Shown here one piece after another: positions 7,131 through 15,730 of a stretch of DNA of 48,367 bases. Every line of letters begins with the position of its first letter. The stretch's first letter is position 1. The stretch spans positions 1 through 48,367 of the forward strand of contig JAOUEV010000023.1 of NCBI GenBank assembly GCA_029858565.1, in the 5' to 3' direction. The stretch is from Nitrospirota bacterium. Its GTDB lineage: Bacteria; Nitrospirota; UBA9217. The position numbers and the translations under genes are program-made. The notes below the pieces were generated by a model. It made no database searches and was not told where the DNA came from. It saw nothing but the letters and a program-made list of their open reading frames with translations.

Positions 7131-10100
7131 TTAGGCGGTTTCCCAGTTCTTCTTCTCCACCATATAGTAGAACAACGGGATCACCACCAGGGTGAGGGCT
7201 GTTGATGCCAGCATCCCGAAGATGAGCGCCAGGGCAAGGCCCGACCAGACCGGGTCGGTCACGATCACGGCGGAGCCCAGGATGGCGGCGGCCGCGGTCA
7301 GCACGATCGGCCGGGTCCTGATGGCGCCTGCCTCGATCAGCGCCTGGACGAGCGGCAGGCCCTCGTGCTTCTTGTCCAGGATGAACTCGAGCAGCACGAT
7401 CGAGTTCCTGACCACGATGCCCGCCAGGGCGATCACGCCGATCATCGAGGTCGCGCTGAAGTACACGCCGGTCATGGCGAATCCCGGCATGATGCCGATC
7501 ATCGAGAGCGGGATGGCGGCCATGATCACCACCGGGATGGTGAAGGACCGGAAGCGTCCCACCAGCAGCAGGTAGATGGTGATGAGCGCGACGCCCATGG
7601 CCGCCCCGAGATCGCGGAACACGTCGAGCGTCAGCTTCATCTCGCCGTCCCACTTGATCCGGTAGCCCTCGGGCAGGGGGTGCTTCCAGAGATATTTCAT
7701 CATGTCCATGACCGCGTAGACCTGGCTCCGGTCGCCCATTTCGGCGAACACATAGGTCACGGGTTCGAGGTTCTTGTGGTGGATCGCCTTGTCCGTTTCC
7801 GACGCAGCGGCCCTGACGAGCGACGACAGCGGCACCTGGTTCCCCTGGGGACCGGCAACGTACACCTTGTCCAGGTCCGCGAGGCCTGCCCGCTCTGACT
7901 TGGGCAGGCGCAGGAATATGGATACCGGGTTCTTGGCCGCCGGCGTGTGCAGGGTCGAAACGGCCATGCCGCTGATCGACATGCGCAGGGTCTGGACGAT
8001 CTGCTCGGTCGAGATGCCCGCGAGCGCGGCCTTTTCCTTGTCAACGGTGAGCTGGTACTTGTCCTGGTCCTGCTTCACCGAGTCGTCAATGTCCACGACC
8101 TGGTCGGTCCGCTCAAAGAGCTTCCTGATGTCGGCCGCGATCTCCCGCTGCTTCCCGTAGTCCGGTCCGTAGATCTCCGCCACCACCGTGGCGCGGACCG
8201 GCGGCCCCGGCGGGTCCTCGACCAGCTTGATGTTCGCGTTGTACGCGGCCGCGAGCTTGGCGATGTCCGGCCGCATCTTGAGCACCAGCTTCTCGCTCGA
8301 GAGCTTCCGTTCTTCTTTGTCGATCAGGTTCACCCGCACATCGGCGAAGTGGCTTGCCTCGCGGAACGCTCCGCCCCGCAGCAGGCCGTTGAAATCGATC
8401 ACCGAGCCGGTGCCCACATAGGTCTCATAGTCCTTCACTTCCGGGATGGCGGCGAGGTACGCGCCCACGGCCCGGGCCACCCGGTCGGTGCTCTCGAGCG
8501 CCGTGCCCACGGGCATGTCGATCGAGACCAGGAAGGTGTTCTTGTTCGCCTTGGGCAGCATGCGGAACTTCACCCACTGCACCAGCGGGAAGACCATGGT
8601 GACCAGGAACACGCCGACCACGATGGCCATGAAGATCTTCCTTTTCGGCGCGCTTTCGAGCAGCGGACCGAGGATCTTCTTGTATGCCTTGTAGAGCTTT
8701 GTCTCCTCCAGCGGGACCTGCTGGGCCCCGTGGTCCTCGGTCCTCATCAGGCGATAGCTCGCCCAGGGAGTCACGATGAAGGCCACGAAGAGCGACGTGA
8801 CCATCGCGACCGGCACGTTGAAGGGAATCGGCATCATGTAGGGCCCCATCATCCCGGTGACGAAGGCCATGGGAATGAAGGCCAGCACCACGGTCAGGGT
8901 CGCCAGGATCGTGGGCATGCCGATCTCGTTCACCGCCAGGATCGCGCCCTGGAGCCGCGAATGCTGCTGCAGCTTGTAATGGCGGTGGATGTTCTCGACC
9001 ACCACGATGGCGTCGTCCACCAGGAGCCCCAGCGAAAGGATCAGCGCGAACAGCGTGATCCGGTTGATCGTCTGGCCGGCGACCATGCCGACCGCAAGGG
9101 TGATGAAGAGCGTCAGCGGGATGGCGAGCGCCACGATGGCCGCCTCGCGCCAGCCCAGGGTGAAGTAGAGCAGCACGATCACCACGATGATCGAGACCAC
9201 CAGGTGGAACACCAGTTCGTTCACCGCGTCGTTCGCGGTCTTGCCGTCGTTCCGCGTCACGGTCAGATCGATCCCCGGCGGGACCTGGGTCTTCTTGAGG
9301 TCATCGAGCTTCGCCAGGATCGCTTCCGAGATCTTGACCGCGTTCAGCTTCTGGCGCTTTGCCAGGGCAATGGTCACCGCCGGCACCTCGGTTCCCCGAT
9401 TTATTGCCGTTGTCGCTTTTCCGTCGCTTCCTGTCGCTTTACTGTCCGCTTTATGCTGTTCCGCCTTTCCAAAGGCAATGCGCGTCAAGCGCGAGGTCTC
9501 CTCGAACCCGTCGATCACCTCGGCAACGTCGCCCAGGTAGACCGGCTTCCCGTTCGCCACGCCGACAACAGCGTTCTTCACGTCAGCCGCGGTCGCGAAG
9601 AACCCGCCGGTCTCGACGGACAGTTTCTTGTTCCCCTGCTCCAACTCGCCTGATGCCAGGTTCGCGTTCGATGCCGTGATCGCGCCCGCGATCTGGAGCG
9701 GCGACAGGCCGTAGCCCGCGATCCGCAGAGGATCGAGCACCACCCGCACCTGGCGGCTCCTGCCGCCGATGACCACGGTGTTGCCCACGCCCGGCACCTT
9801 CCGGAGCTCGTCAAGCACATGGTCCGCCACGATCCGGAGCTGGCCGTCGTCGTAGGCGCCGCCCGGAGCGGGCGAAAGCGTCACCGCCACGATCGGCACG
9901 TCATCGACGTCAATGGGCTTTACCAGGGGCTGGGACGCTCCCGCGGGAGCGAAGTCCATGTTCGACATGAGCTTGTCGTAAAGCTTCACCAGCGACCGCT
10001 CCTTGTCCTGGCCCACCAGGAACTTCACGGTCACCACGGACATCGAGTTCATCGAGACCGAGTACACGTCCTCCACGCCCGGGATCTCCCAGAGCTTGGA

Positions 10101-10319
10101 CTCCAGGCGCTTGGAAACCAGCTCCTCGACCTCCTGGGCGGAGGCGCCCGGCAGCATGACCATCACGTTCGCCGCGGGCACGACGATCTGGGGGTTCTCC
10201 TCGCGCGGGGTGAAGAGCAGCGCGAACAGCCCGAGCACCGCGGTCGCCGCCATGAGCAGCACCGTGAGCTGGGAGTTGATGAAGTATTGTGTTATCCTGC
10301 CGCTGATATTGAGTTTCAT
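7131..10319 (-). CDS. RND efflux permease (AcrB/AcrD/AcrF superfamily)
   Basis: 1062 aa; GLLVDDAIVVVENI (TM4), GIVVRNSIVL (TM10), RTRPIVLT; two large periplasmic loops. Confidence 0.95.
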   Translation of the reverse strand: MKLNISGRITQYFINSQLTVLLMAATAVLGLFALLFTPREENPQIVVPAANVMVMLPGASAQEVEELVSKRLESKLWEIPGVEDVYSVSMNSMSVVTVKFLVGQDKERSLVKLYDKLMSNMDFAPAGASQPLVKPIDVDDVPIVAVTLSPAPGGAYDDGQLRIVADHVLDELRKVPGVGNTVVIGGRSRQVRVVLDPLRIAGYGLSPLQIAGAITASNANLASGELEQGNKKLSVETGGFFATAADVKNAVVGVANGKPVYLGDVAEVIDGFEETSRLTRIAFGKAEQHKADSKATGSDGKATTAINRGTEVPAVTIALAKRQKLNAVKISEAILAKLDDLKKTQVPPGIDLTVTRNDGKTANDAVNELVFHLVVSIIVVIVLLYFTLGWREAAIVALAIPLTLFITLAVGMVAGQTINRITLFALILSLGLLVDDAIVVVENIHRHYKLQQHSRLQGAILAVNEIGMPTILATLTVVLAFIPMAFVTGMMGPYMMPIPFNVPVAMVTSLFVAFIVTPWASYRLMRTEDHGAQQVPLEETKLYKAYKKILGPLLESAPKRKIFMAIVVGVFLVTMVFPLVQWVKFRMLPKANKNTFLVSIDMPVGTALESTDRVARAVGAYLAAIPEVKDYETYVGTGSVIDFNGLLRGGAFREASHFADVRVNLIDKEERKLSSEKLVLKMRPDIAKLAAAYNANIKLVEDPPGPPVRATVVAEIYGPDYGKQREIAADIRKLFERTDQVVDIDDSVKQDQDKYQLTVDKEKAALAGISTEQIVQTLRMSISGMAVSTLHTPAAKNPVSIFLRLPKSERAGLADLDKVYVAGPQGNQVPLSSLVRAAASETDKAIHHKNLEPVTYVFAEMGDRSQVYAVMDMMKYLWKHPLPEGYRIKWDGEMKLTLDVFRDLGAAMGVALITIYLLLVGRFRSFTIPVVIMAAIPLSMIGIMPGFAMTGVYFSATSMIGVIALAGIVVRNSIVLLEFILDKKHEGLPLVQALIEAGAIRTRPIVLTAAAAILGSAVIVTDPVWSGLALALIFGMLASTALTLVVIPLFYYMVEKKNWETA

Positions 10320-10333
10320 GATTTCAACCTTTT

Positions 10334-10422
10334 TCTCGCGCCAAGCCGCAAAGACGCTAAGAAAGTCTTCACGTCGAGATCGTTTTTATCTTTACTTTGC
10401 GACTTTGCGTCTTTGCGAGAGA
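10334..10422. repeat. Inverted pair of octamer arrays (CGCAAAG ... CTTTGCG)
   Basis: tctcgcgccaagccgcaaagacgctaag ... ctttgcga ctttgcgt ctttgcga gaga. Confidence 0.85.
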
Positions 10423-10499
10423 CAGTTCTTTTTTGTGTAAGTATTTCGATTTCGCCGGCCGCTTCACGGTCGGTCCTTGTCGGTTCCTGCCGGTCTTTC

Positions 10500-10532
10500 C
10501 CCGCGTCACCGTGTCACCGTGTCACCGTGTCC
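10500..10532. repeat. Octamer array CACCGTGT x3-4 overlapping the MFP 3' end
   Basis: ccccgcgt caccgtgt caccgtgt caccgtgt cc; encodes the MFP tail GHGDTVTR*. Confidence 0.8.
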
Positions 10533-11585
10533 GCTGTTGTCCGCAAGGACCACTTTCTTCCCTTCGATCCGTCCCAAATGCTTGTCGCTGATCACCCGGT
10601 CGCCCTTTTTCAGGCCCGTGGTCACTTCGATGTCATTGCCGTGCACCTCGCCGGTCTGGACCATCTGGAAAACCGCGCCGCCGTCTGGCCCGATCATATA
10701 TACGCCGGTGATTCCCGAGAGATTCACGATGGCGCTCTTCGGCACCACGATGGCTTCATGCTTGCCCGTGCGAAAAAAGGCCTTGCCGTACATGCCGGTG
10801 ATGAGGCCCGCCGTGGCCGGAACATCCACTTTTACAACAAAGGAGTGCGTCCGCACGTCCGAAGCCGGAACAACCTGCGAAACCGTTCCCTTCAGGTCCT
10901 TGCCCGGCATGGCGTCGATCTGAACCGTCACGGCCTGGCCCTGCCGGATATGCAGCACTTCCTGCTCCTTCACCGTCACTTCGAGCCGCAGGTTACGGTT
11001 GTCCTCAATTTTGATCAAGGGCTGGCCGGGCATCGCCATCTCGCCCAGATTGATCCGTTTCTCCACAATCTGGCCGGAGATAGGCGCTGTAATGTTGGTA
11101 TAGCTCTCCATTGCCTTTGCCGCCTTCAGTCCGGCTTCCGCGGTCTCCAGGCCGAGCGTGGCCTGGTCCATCTCCATCTGCGTGGAAGCCTTGGCATCAA
11201 AGAGGCTCTTGATCCGGTCATACTGGAGCTTGGCATTGTTGTAGGCCGCCCGGGCCTGAATCGTCTGGGCAGTGATCTCGCCGCTGTCGATCTTCATCAG
11301 GAGCTTTCCTTCGCTCACCTGATCCCCCTCGTGCACCGTCAGGCTGATCACTTTGCCCATGACCTTGCTCGAAAGCATGGAGCTGTTCCGGGAGCCGAGC
11401 GCACCCGAAGCAACTATCACGGAATCGATGACCTTCGGTTCCACGGTATACGCGGACACCTCAACCGGCGCCTCGGCTTTCTTGCCCTGCTCGGCGTGGC
11501 TTTCGGACCTGCTGAACAGAATCGTCCCGGCGCTGATGAATGCCACTGCTGCTATCGAAATGCCGTAGATAATTTTCTTATTCAT
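10506..11585 (-). CDS. RND periplasmic adaptor (membrane fusion protein)
   Basis: N-terminal TM anchor, lipoyl halves (GKVISLTVHEGDQVSEG; ITAPISGQI), coiled coil, GLKKGDRVI; AAGGAG SD. Confidence 0.95.
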   Translation of the reverse strand: MNKKIIYGISIAAVAFISAGTILFSRSESHAEQGKKAEAPVEVSAYTVEPKVIDSVIVASGALGSRNSSMLSSKVMGKVISLTVHEGDQVSEGKLLMKIDSGEITAQTIQARAAYNNAKLQYDRIKSLFDAKASTQMEMDQATLGLETAEAGLKAAKAMESYTNITAPISGQIVEKRINLGEMAMPGQPLIKIEDNRNLRLEVTVKEQEVLHIRQGQAVTVQIDAMPGKDLKGTVSQVVPASDVRTHSFVVKVDVPATAGLITGMYGKAFFRTGKHEAIVVPKSAIVNLSGITGVYMIGPDGGAVFQMVQTGEVHGNDIEVTTGLKKGDRVISDKHLGRIEGKKVVLADNSGHGDTVTR

Positions 11586-11614
11586 GGGTTGATCTCCTTG
11601 TTCTTTCCTTGACT

Positions 11615-11685
11615 CTTGCCGCTTGTCGGCCCTTGCCGGTTCTTTTCGATTTTTGTCGGTTCTCGTCGCTTCTTGTCCGCTTTAT
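11615..11685. repeat. Degenerate ~10-mer array (TT[C/T]TGTCG[G/C]T-like)
   Basis: cttgccgct tgtcggcc cttgccggt tcttttcgat ttttgtcggt tctcgtcgct tcttgtccgc; related arrays at ~10451-10500 and 9410-9465. Confidence 0.6.
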
Positions 11686-13052
11686 CACAGGCTTCCCGTC
11701 GCCAGCTTCAGTTCCGCGTCAGCGACATTATTGTCGTACAATGCCTGGAGCGCTCCGGTCCGCGCCCGGATCAGGGCGCTTTCAGCGCCGAGCACATCCA
11801 CCAGGTTGGTCATGCCGACCTCGTACCGTTTCTGGACTATCCTGAGGCCTTCTGCTGCCTCCTGCACAGACGTTGTTGTTGCGCTGATCCGATCCAGCGA
11901 CGCCTCGTAGTTATAGTAGGCCTGCTTCACCTGGAGTTCGACGCCTGCCTTCATCTGTTCCTCCAGCGACCGCATCCGGCTTGCCGTGGCCGAGGCCTGG
12001 CGAACATTGGCCGTGGTCACCATGCCGTCGAAGAGGTTCCAGGAGAGCACCGCCATCACGGCCCAGCTCTTTGCATCGTCGCCCGCCAGCCGTTCGCTGT
12101 TCCAGTCCACCTGGCCCATGAGATTCAGGCTCGGTACGAAATCAGTCCACGCCTGGCTCACGCTCGCCTCGGCGTTTTTCCGGTTCAACTGGAGCGCCGC
12201 AAGATCAGGCCTGCTGCCTGCCGCGGATCCGACCGCCGCCGCCAGTTCCGGCCGCGCCTCCCGGGCCGAGAGCGTCCCGGTCACCTCGTACTCCCTGCTC
12301 TGCTCCACGCCCATGGCGTAGTTCAGATTGGCCAGGGCAAGCTTCACGCCGCTTTCCGCGCGGGTGACCATTTCCTGCACTTCAGCTTCCTGCACCCGCG
12401 CCCGCAGCAGGTCCGAGTAGAGGACCGCTCCGGCCAGGTACCGGGCCTCGGCGAGATTATGGTTCGCCAGGCTCGTTTCAAAGGACTGGACCGCGACCTT
12501 ATGGTATTCCCTGGCCAGCAGCACGCCGTAGTAAGCCTTGATCACGTTGAACGCTGTTTCCTGCTTCGTCCGGCTCCGGTCCTGCTCCGCCGCCTGCCTG
12601 GCAAGGCGCGCCTGCTTCAGGCCGATATACTCCTTGCCGCCGTTGAACACCGGCTGTACCGCGCTCAGCCGCGTATTGTAGTTCGAGGCCGGATCGGGGT
12701 TGTTCATCACCGCGGGCGCGAAGTCCGCCTGGCCCACGACCTCCTGGTTCAGCTTGGTGCCGAGCACCATGAGCGGGTTGTCCGATCTGCTCCAGGTCTC
12801 GGAGACCGTTACCTTGGGCAGGAACCCGGACCGGGACCTGAGCACGCCTGCTTCCGAAGCCTCCACCTGGGCATTCGCCGCCTTCAGGCCCGGGCTGTTC
12901 TTGAGCGCCCTTTCCACGGCCTGTTCCAGGGACAGCGGCTCGGCGGCGTAGACCGCGACGGTCACCGCAAGCAGCAAGAGCGCCATGAGGCCGGCCGCGG
13001 CTACCCATATCTTCATCTTCATGATGTTCATTGTTCTCAGTTGAGCTGCCAT
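11685..13052 (-). CDS. TolC-family outer membrane efflux protein
   Basis: Signal peptide, LSLEQAVERALKNSP, QPVFNGG, SWNLFDG, RYEVGMTNLVDVLGAE; exact start uncertain (13052/13031/13016). Confidence 0.93.
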   Translation of the reverse strand: MAAQLRTMNIMKMKIWVAAAGLMALLLLAVTVAVYAAEPLSLEQAVERALKNSPGLKAANAQVEASEAGVLRSRSGFLPKVTVSETWSRSDNPLMVLGTKLNQEVVGQADFAPAVMNNPDPASNYNTRLSAVQPVFNGGKEYIGLKQARLARQAAEQDRSRTKQETAFNVIKAYYGVLLAREYHKVAVQSFETSLANHNLAEARYLAGAVLYSDLLRARVQEAEVQEMVTRAESGVKLALANLNYAMGVEQSREYEVTGTLSAREARPELAAAVGSAAGSRPDLAALQLNRKNAEASVSQAWTDFVPSLNLMGQVDWNSERLAGDDAKSWAVMAVLSWNLFDGMVTTANVRQASATASRMRSLEEQMKAGVELQVKQAYYNYEASLDRISATTTSVQEAAEGLRIVQKRYEVGMTNLVDVLGAESALIRARTGALQALYDNNVADAELKLATGSL

Positions 13053-13056
13053 GATC

Positions 13057-13392
13057 CTACGCCCTCGCATAGGCGCCGTTCCCGGCGCTGTTCCAGGCAA
13101 TGATGCCGCCTTCCAGGTTCTTCACCTGGTATCCCATTCTCGCAAGATAGGCTGCCGCGAAAGCGCTGCGGTTCCCGACGCGGCAGTAGACCACGATCTC
13201 CTTGTTCTGCGGAAGCTCGTCGGTCCGGAAGCTCAGCTCCTGCACGGGCAGGAGATAGGAATTCTCGATCGCCTCTGCATGGTGTTCCTGCGGCGTTCGC
13301 ACATCGAGAAGCAGAAAATCTTCGTTGTTCCTGATCTTTCCCTGCAGGTCCTGCGCGGTGATGTTCTTAATCCCATAAGTATTGAATAGCAT
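13057..13392 (-). CDS. Single-domain rhodanese (sulfurtransferase)
   Basis: LLDVRTPQEH, active-site loop YCRVGNRS, NLEGGIIAW; AAGGAGG SD before MLFNT. Confidence 0.92.
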   Translation of the reverse strand: MLFNTYGIKNITAQDLQGKIRNNEDFLLLDVRTPQEHHAEAIENSYLLPVQELSFRTDELPQNKEIVVYCRVGNRSAFAAAYLARMGYQVKNLEGGIIAWNSAGNGAYARA

Positions 13393-13496
13393 GTTCGCCT
13401 CCTTGTTCCGTTCATACAGGCCCGAACAATGGACACCGCCGGGGTTAGGGTTGGGGGAGTGGCGGCGCCCACTGTTCGGTGCGCTGTCCTTTCTAT

Positions 13497-13512
13497 TACA
13501 ATCCCCGTGCCA
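13497..13512 (-). promoter_or_regulatory. Putative sigma54 (-24/-12) promoter for the rhodanese-RND cluster
   Basis: Minus strand TGGCAC-GGGGA-TTGTA vs consensus TGGCAC-N5-TTGCW; palindrome CGACA-gtat-TGTCG about 150 bp upstream (13657-13670). Confidence 0.6.
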
Positions 13513-13711
13513 TTCCTGTCTTGCTCGTCTTATCAATGGGTTAGCTCGATCTTGAGGATTGCCTGACAAATAGCATGCGGAAAAAAATGTCGAGCCCCAA
13601 AAGGCTCTTTTTGCGGGAACAGCACTATTTCAGTGAAATTCGGTGGTTTTCCGGTTCGACAGTATTGTCGGTCCGCAATTCCTTATGCGGGCCTTTCGAC
13701 ATTCACGACCA

Positions 13712-13739
13712 TTGACAGGGCAGGCTCATGCATGATAAT
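13712..13739 (+). promoter_or_regulatory. Putative sigma70 promoter for the TPR gene
   Basis: TTGACA-16nt-GATAAT. Confidence 0.5.
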
Positions 13740-13772
13740 GTTAGTCATTCCAGAACCTTGCGAAGGGAGTTT

Positions 13773-14243
13773 ATGTCCATGAGAACAGCCTTGATCCTGA
13801 TGTCCCTGGTGATATTCAGTGCCATGCTGTCGCCTGCCCGTGCCGAAGAAGAGCTTTTCGACACCAAAGCCGCAGCAGCCTACCGGGAACAAGGGGTGAA
13901 CCTGCTCAAGCAGAAGAACTATGATGCGGCCATCGACGCTCTGGAGGACGCGGTCGCGTCAGCTCCTGACGCGGAATCCTATTATCTTCTTGGTTACGCC
14001 TACTATATAAAAGGGAAGAAGACAGGAGACGCCGAGAGCCGGATGAAGGCAGTTGAGAACTTCAACCAGGCCTATCAGATCAATCCGAACTTCTCTCCCA
14101 ACAAGTTCAAACCCGAGGACATCACCATGCCCGCGGCCGGCCAGACCGAGGAGCAGCCGCTTGGCGCGGCAGCGCCGGAGAAACAGGCGCCCCAGCCGGC
14201 ATCAGCAGCCACGACGACCGCGGAACAGCAGAAGCAGCAGTGA
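13773..14243 (+). CDS. Exported TPR-repeat protein
   Basis: Signal peptide (ARA-EE), TPR helices (YREQGVNLLKQKNYDAAI, YYLLGYAY, AYQINP), low-complexity P/A/Q tail; GGGAG SD. Confidence 0.8.
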   Translation: MSMRTALILMSLVIFSAMLSPARAEEELFDTKAAAAYREQGVNLLKQKNYDAAIDALEDAVASAPDAESYYLLGYAYYIKGKKTGDAESRMKAVENFNQAYQINPNFSPNKFKPEDITMPAAGQTEEQPLGAAAPEKQAPQPASAATTTAEQQKQQ

Positions 14244-14295
14244 AGCAGGTCCCCTGCACCCTGCCGTCCATGGCAACGGCAATGGCTGTCAGCGT

Positions 14296-14793
14296 CTAGG
14301 GCAGTTTTTCAGTGATCCCTTTTGTCATACGCTCATAGCGCAGGAACTCCAGGGGGAAGGCGTCCTGGACCGATCGTTGCTCCACCAGCCTGAACTCCCC
14401 GGGAATCTCGGGAAAGAGCGCATCGCCCGCCAACTTCGCGTGAACCACGGTGAGATAGATGCGGTCGGCGATGGCGATGGTGTCGCGGAACAGCCTTGCC
14501 CCGCCCAGCACGAACACCTCTTCAGGACCTTCGCACAGGCCAAATGCCGTTGCCAGGTCCGGCGCCGCACGGCACCCTTCAGCGCAGCAGCCCCGCCGCG
14601 ATGTCACAACGATGTTCCTCCGCTCCGGCAGCGGCCTGCCGATGCTCTCATAGGTCCTCCTGCCCATGATCACCGTCCGGCCGAGCGTGAGCTCGCGAAA
14701 GCGTTTCATGTCCTGCGGCAGGTGCCAGGGAAGTCGGTTGCCCAGACCGATGATCCGGTTCTCGGTCATGGCCGCGATAAGAGATATGATCAT
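14296..14793 (-). CDS. folA: Dihydrofolate reductase
   Basis: IAAMTENRIIGLGNRLPWHLPQDMKRFRELT, IMGRRTYESIGRPLPERRNIVVT, LGGA, GDALFP. Confidence 0.95.
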   Translation of the reverse strand: MIISLIAAMTENRIIGLGNRLPWHLPQDMKRFRELTLGRTVIMGRRTYESIGRPLPERRNIVVTSRRGCCAEGCRAAPDLATAFGLCEGPEEVFVLGGARLFRDTIAIADRIYLTVVHAKLAGDALFPEIPGEFRLVEQRSVQDAFPLEFLRYERMTKGITEKLP

Positions 14794-14805
14794 GGCTGGA
14801 ATAGT

Positions 14806-14941
14806 GACGAGCGACAAGAGACCAGCGACGAGAAAGATCTGAGCGTCTTTCGGTTTCTACCTGTCGCCATGATAGTAGAACCTGCACGTTATCTTTTGCT
14901 CAAACCTGGTCTCTAGTCTCTCGTCGCTCGTCTCTTGTCTC
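14806..14941. repeat. Inverted pair of heptamer arrays (GACGAGC/A ... T/GCTCGTC)
   Basis: gacgagc gacaaga gaccagc gacgaga ... tctcgtc gctcgtc tcttgtc; right arm forms the AlkD-like C-terminus RDKRRATRD. Confidence 0.8.
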
Positions 14942-15635
14942 TGTTCAAATACTTTTTCCGCTTCCTTTCCGGGAACCGCTCGATGGCGTAGCGCAGCGCG
15001 GTGCGCGGCATGGCGCGGTGATGCTTTCGCAGGAAACCTTCCAGCACAGCGACGTCCCGCTTACCCACCTCACGCAGCATCCAGCCCACTGCCTTGTGCA
15101 TCAGATCATGCTCGTCGGCAAGCAGCTTTTCCGAAAGCGCCAGCGTGTCAGCGAAATCGTTTTGCCTGATGAAATGGAAGGTCGCGATGATCGCGATCCG
15201 CCGCTCCCAGAGGCTCGTCGAACGCGCGAACCGGTACAGCAGCGCACGGGACCCGCCGTCCAGATGGGCCCCGACGATCTTGGACGCGCTCAGGTCCACC
15301 AGGTCCCAGTTGTTGATGTACCGCGTGTTCCGGAGATAGAGCGCGCAGACCTTGTTCCTCAGAGCGTCGCTGCCGCGCTCGTACTGGTCCACCAGGATCA
15401 GGAGCGCCAGCAGCCGGTCCTCGTGCCACGCCGACCGCAGGAGCTTCGCGACCTCGGCAAGGGGCGTGTCGCGGAATTCCTTCATCACCTTCCGGATGTC
15501 CGGCACCACCACGCCGAGAAAGCGGTCACCTTCTCCGTACTGGCCCGGTCCGGTCTTGAAGAACCGCTGCAGGATGACAGCCTTTTCCCCGGCGGCAAAA
15601 GCGCGAAGACGTTTCTGGATAACAGAAGAGGTCAT
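14913..15635 (-). CDS. alkD: DNA alkylation repair protein (AlkD-like)
   Basis: FFKTGPGQYGEGDRFLGV, INNWDLVD, LWERR, KAVGWMLRE, MPRTALRYAIE. Confidence 0.88.
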   Translation of the reverse strand: MTSSVIQKRLRAFAAGEKAVILQRFFKTGPGQYGEGDRFLGVVVPDIRKVMKEFRDTPLAEVAKLLRSAWHEDRLLALLILVDQYERGSDALRNKVCALYLRNTRYINNWDLVDLSASKIVGAHLDGGSRALLYRFARSTSLWERRIAIIATFHFIRQNDFADTLALSEKLLADEHDLMHKAVGWMLREVGKRDVAVLEGFLRKHHRAMPRTALRYAIERFPERKRKKYLNRDKRRATRD

Positions 15636-15730
15636 GGGCACAGTGTACCATGAAGAGGGCGGGAAAACCACGAGATGCGCGGAGGTTGCGCGGAGGTCGC
15701 AGCAGCAGCTGCCCGATCATCGCTGCGGTA

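Noticed and set aside
7947-13103. Long plus-strand ORFs (7947..9653, 9819..11612, 11616..13103)
   Set aside because: Antisense shadows of the RND, MFP and TolC genes, typical of high-GC codon bias; no motifs.
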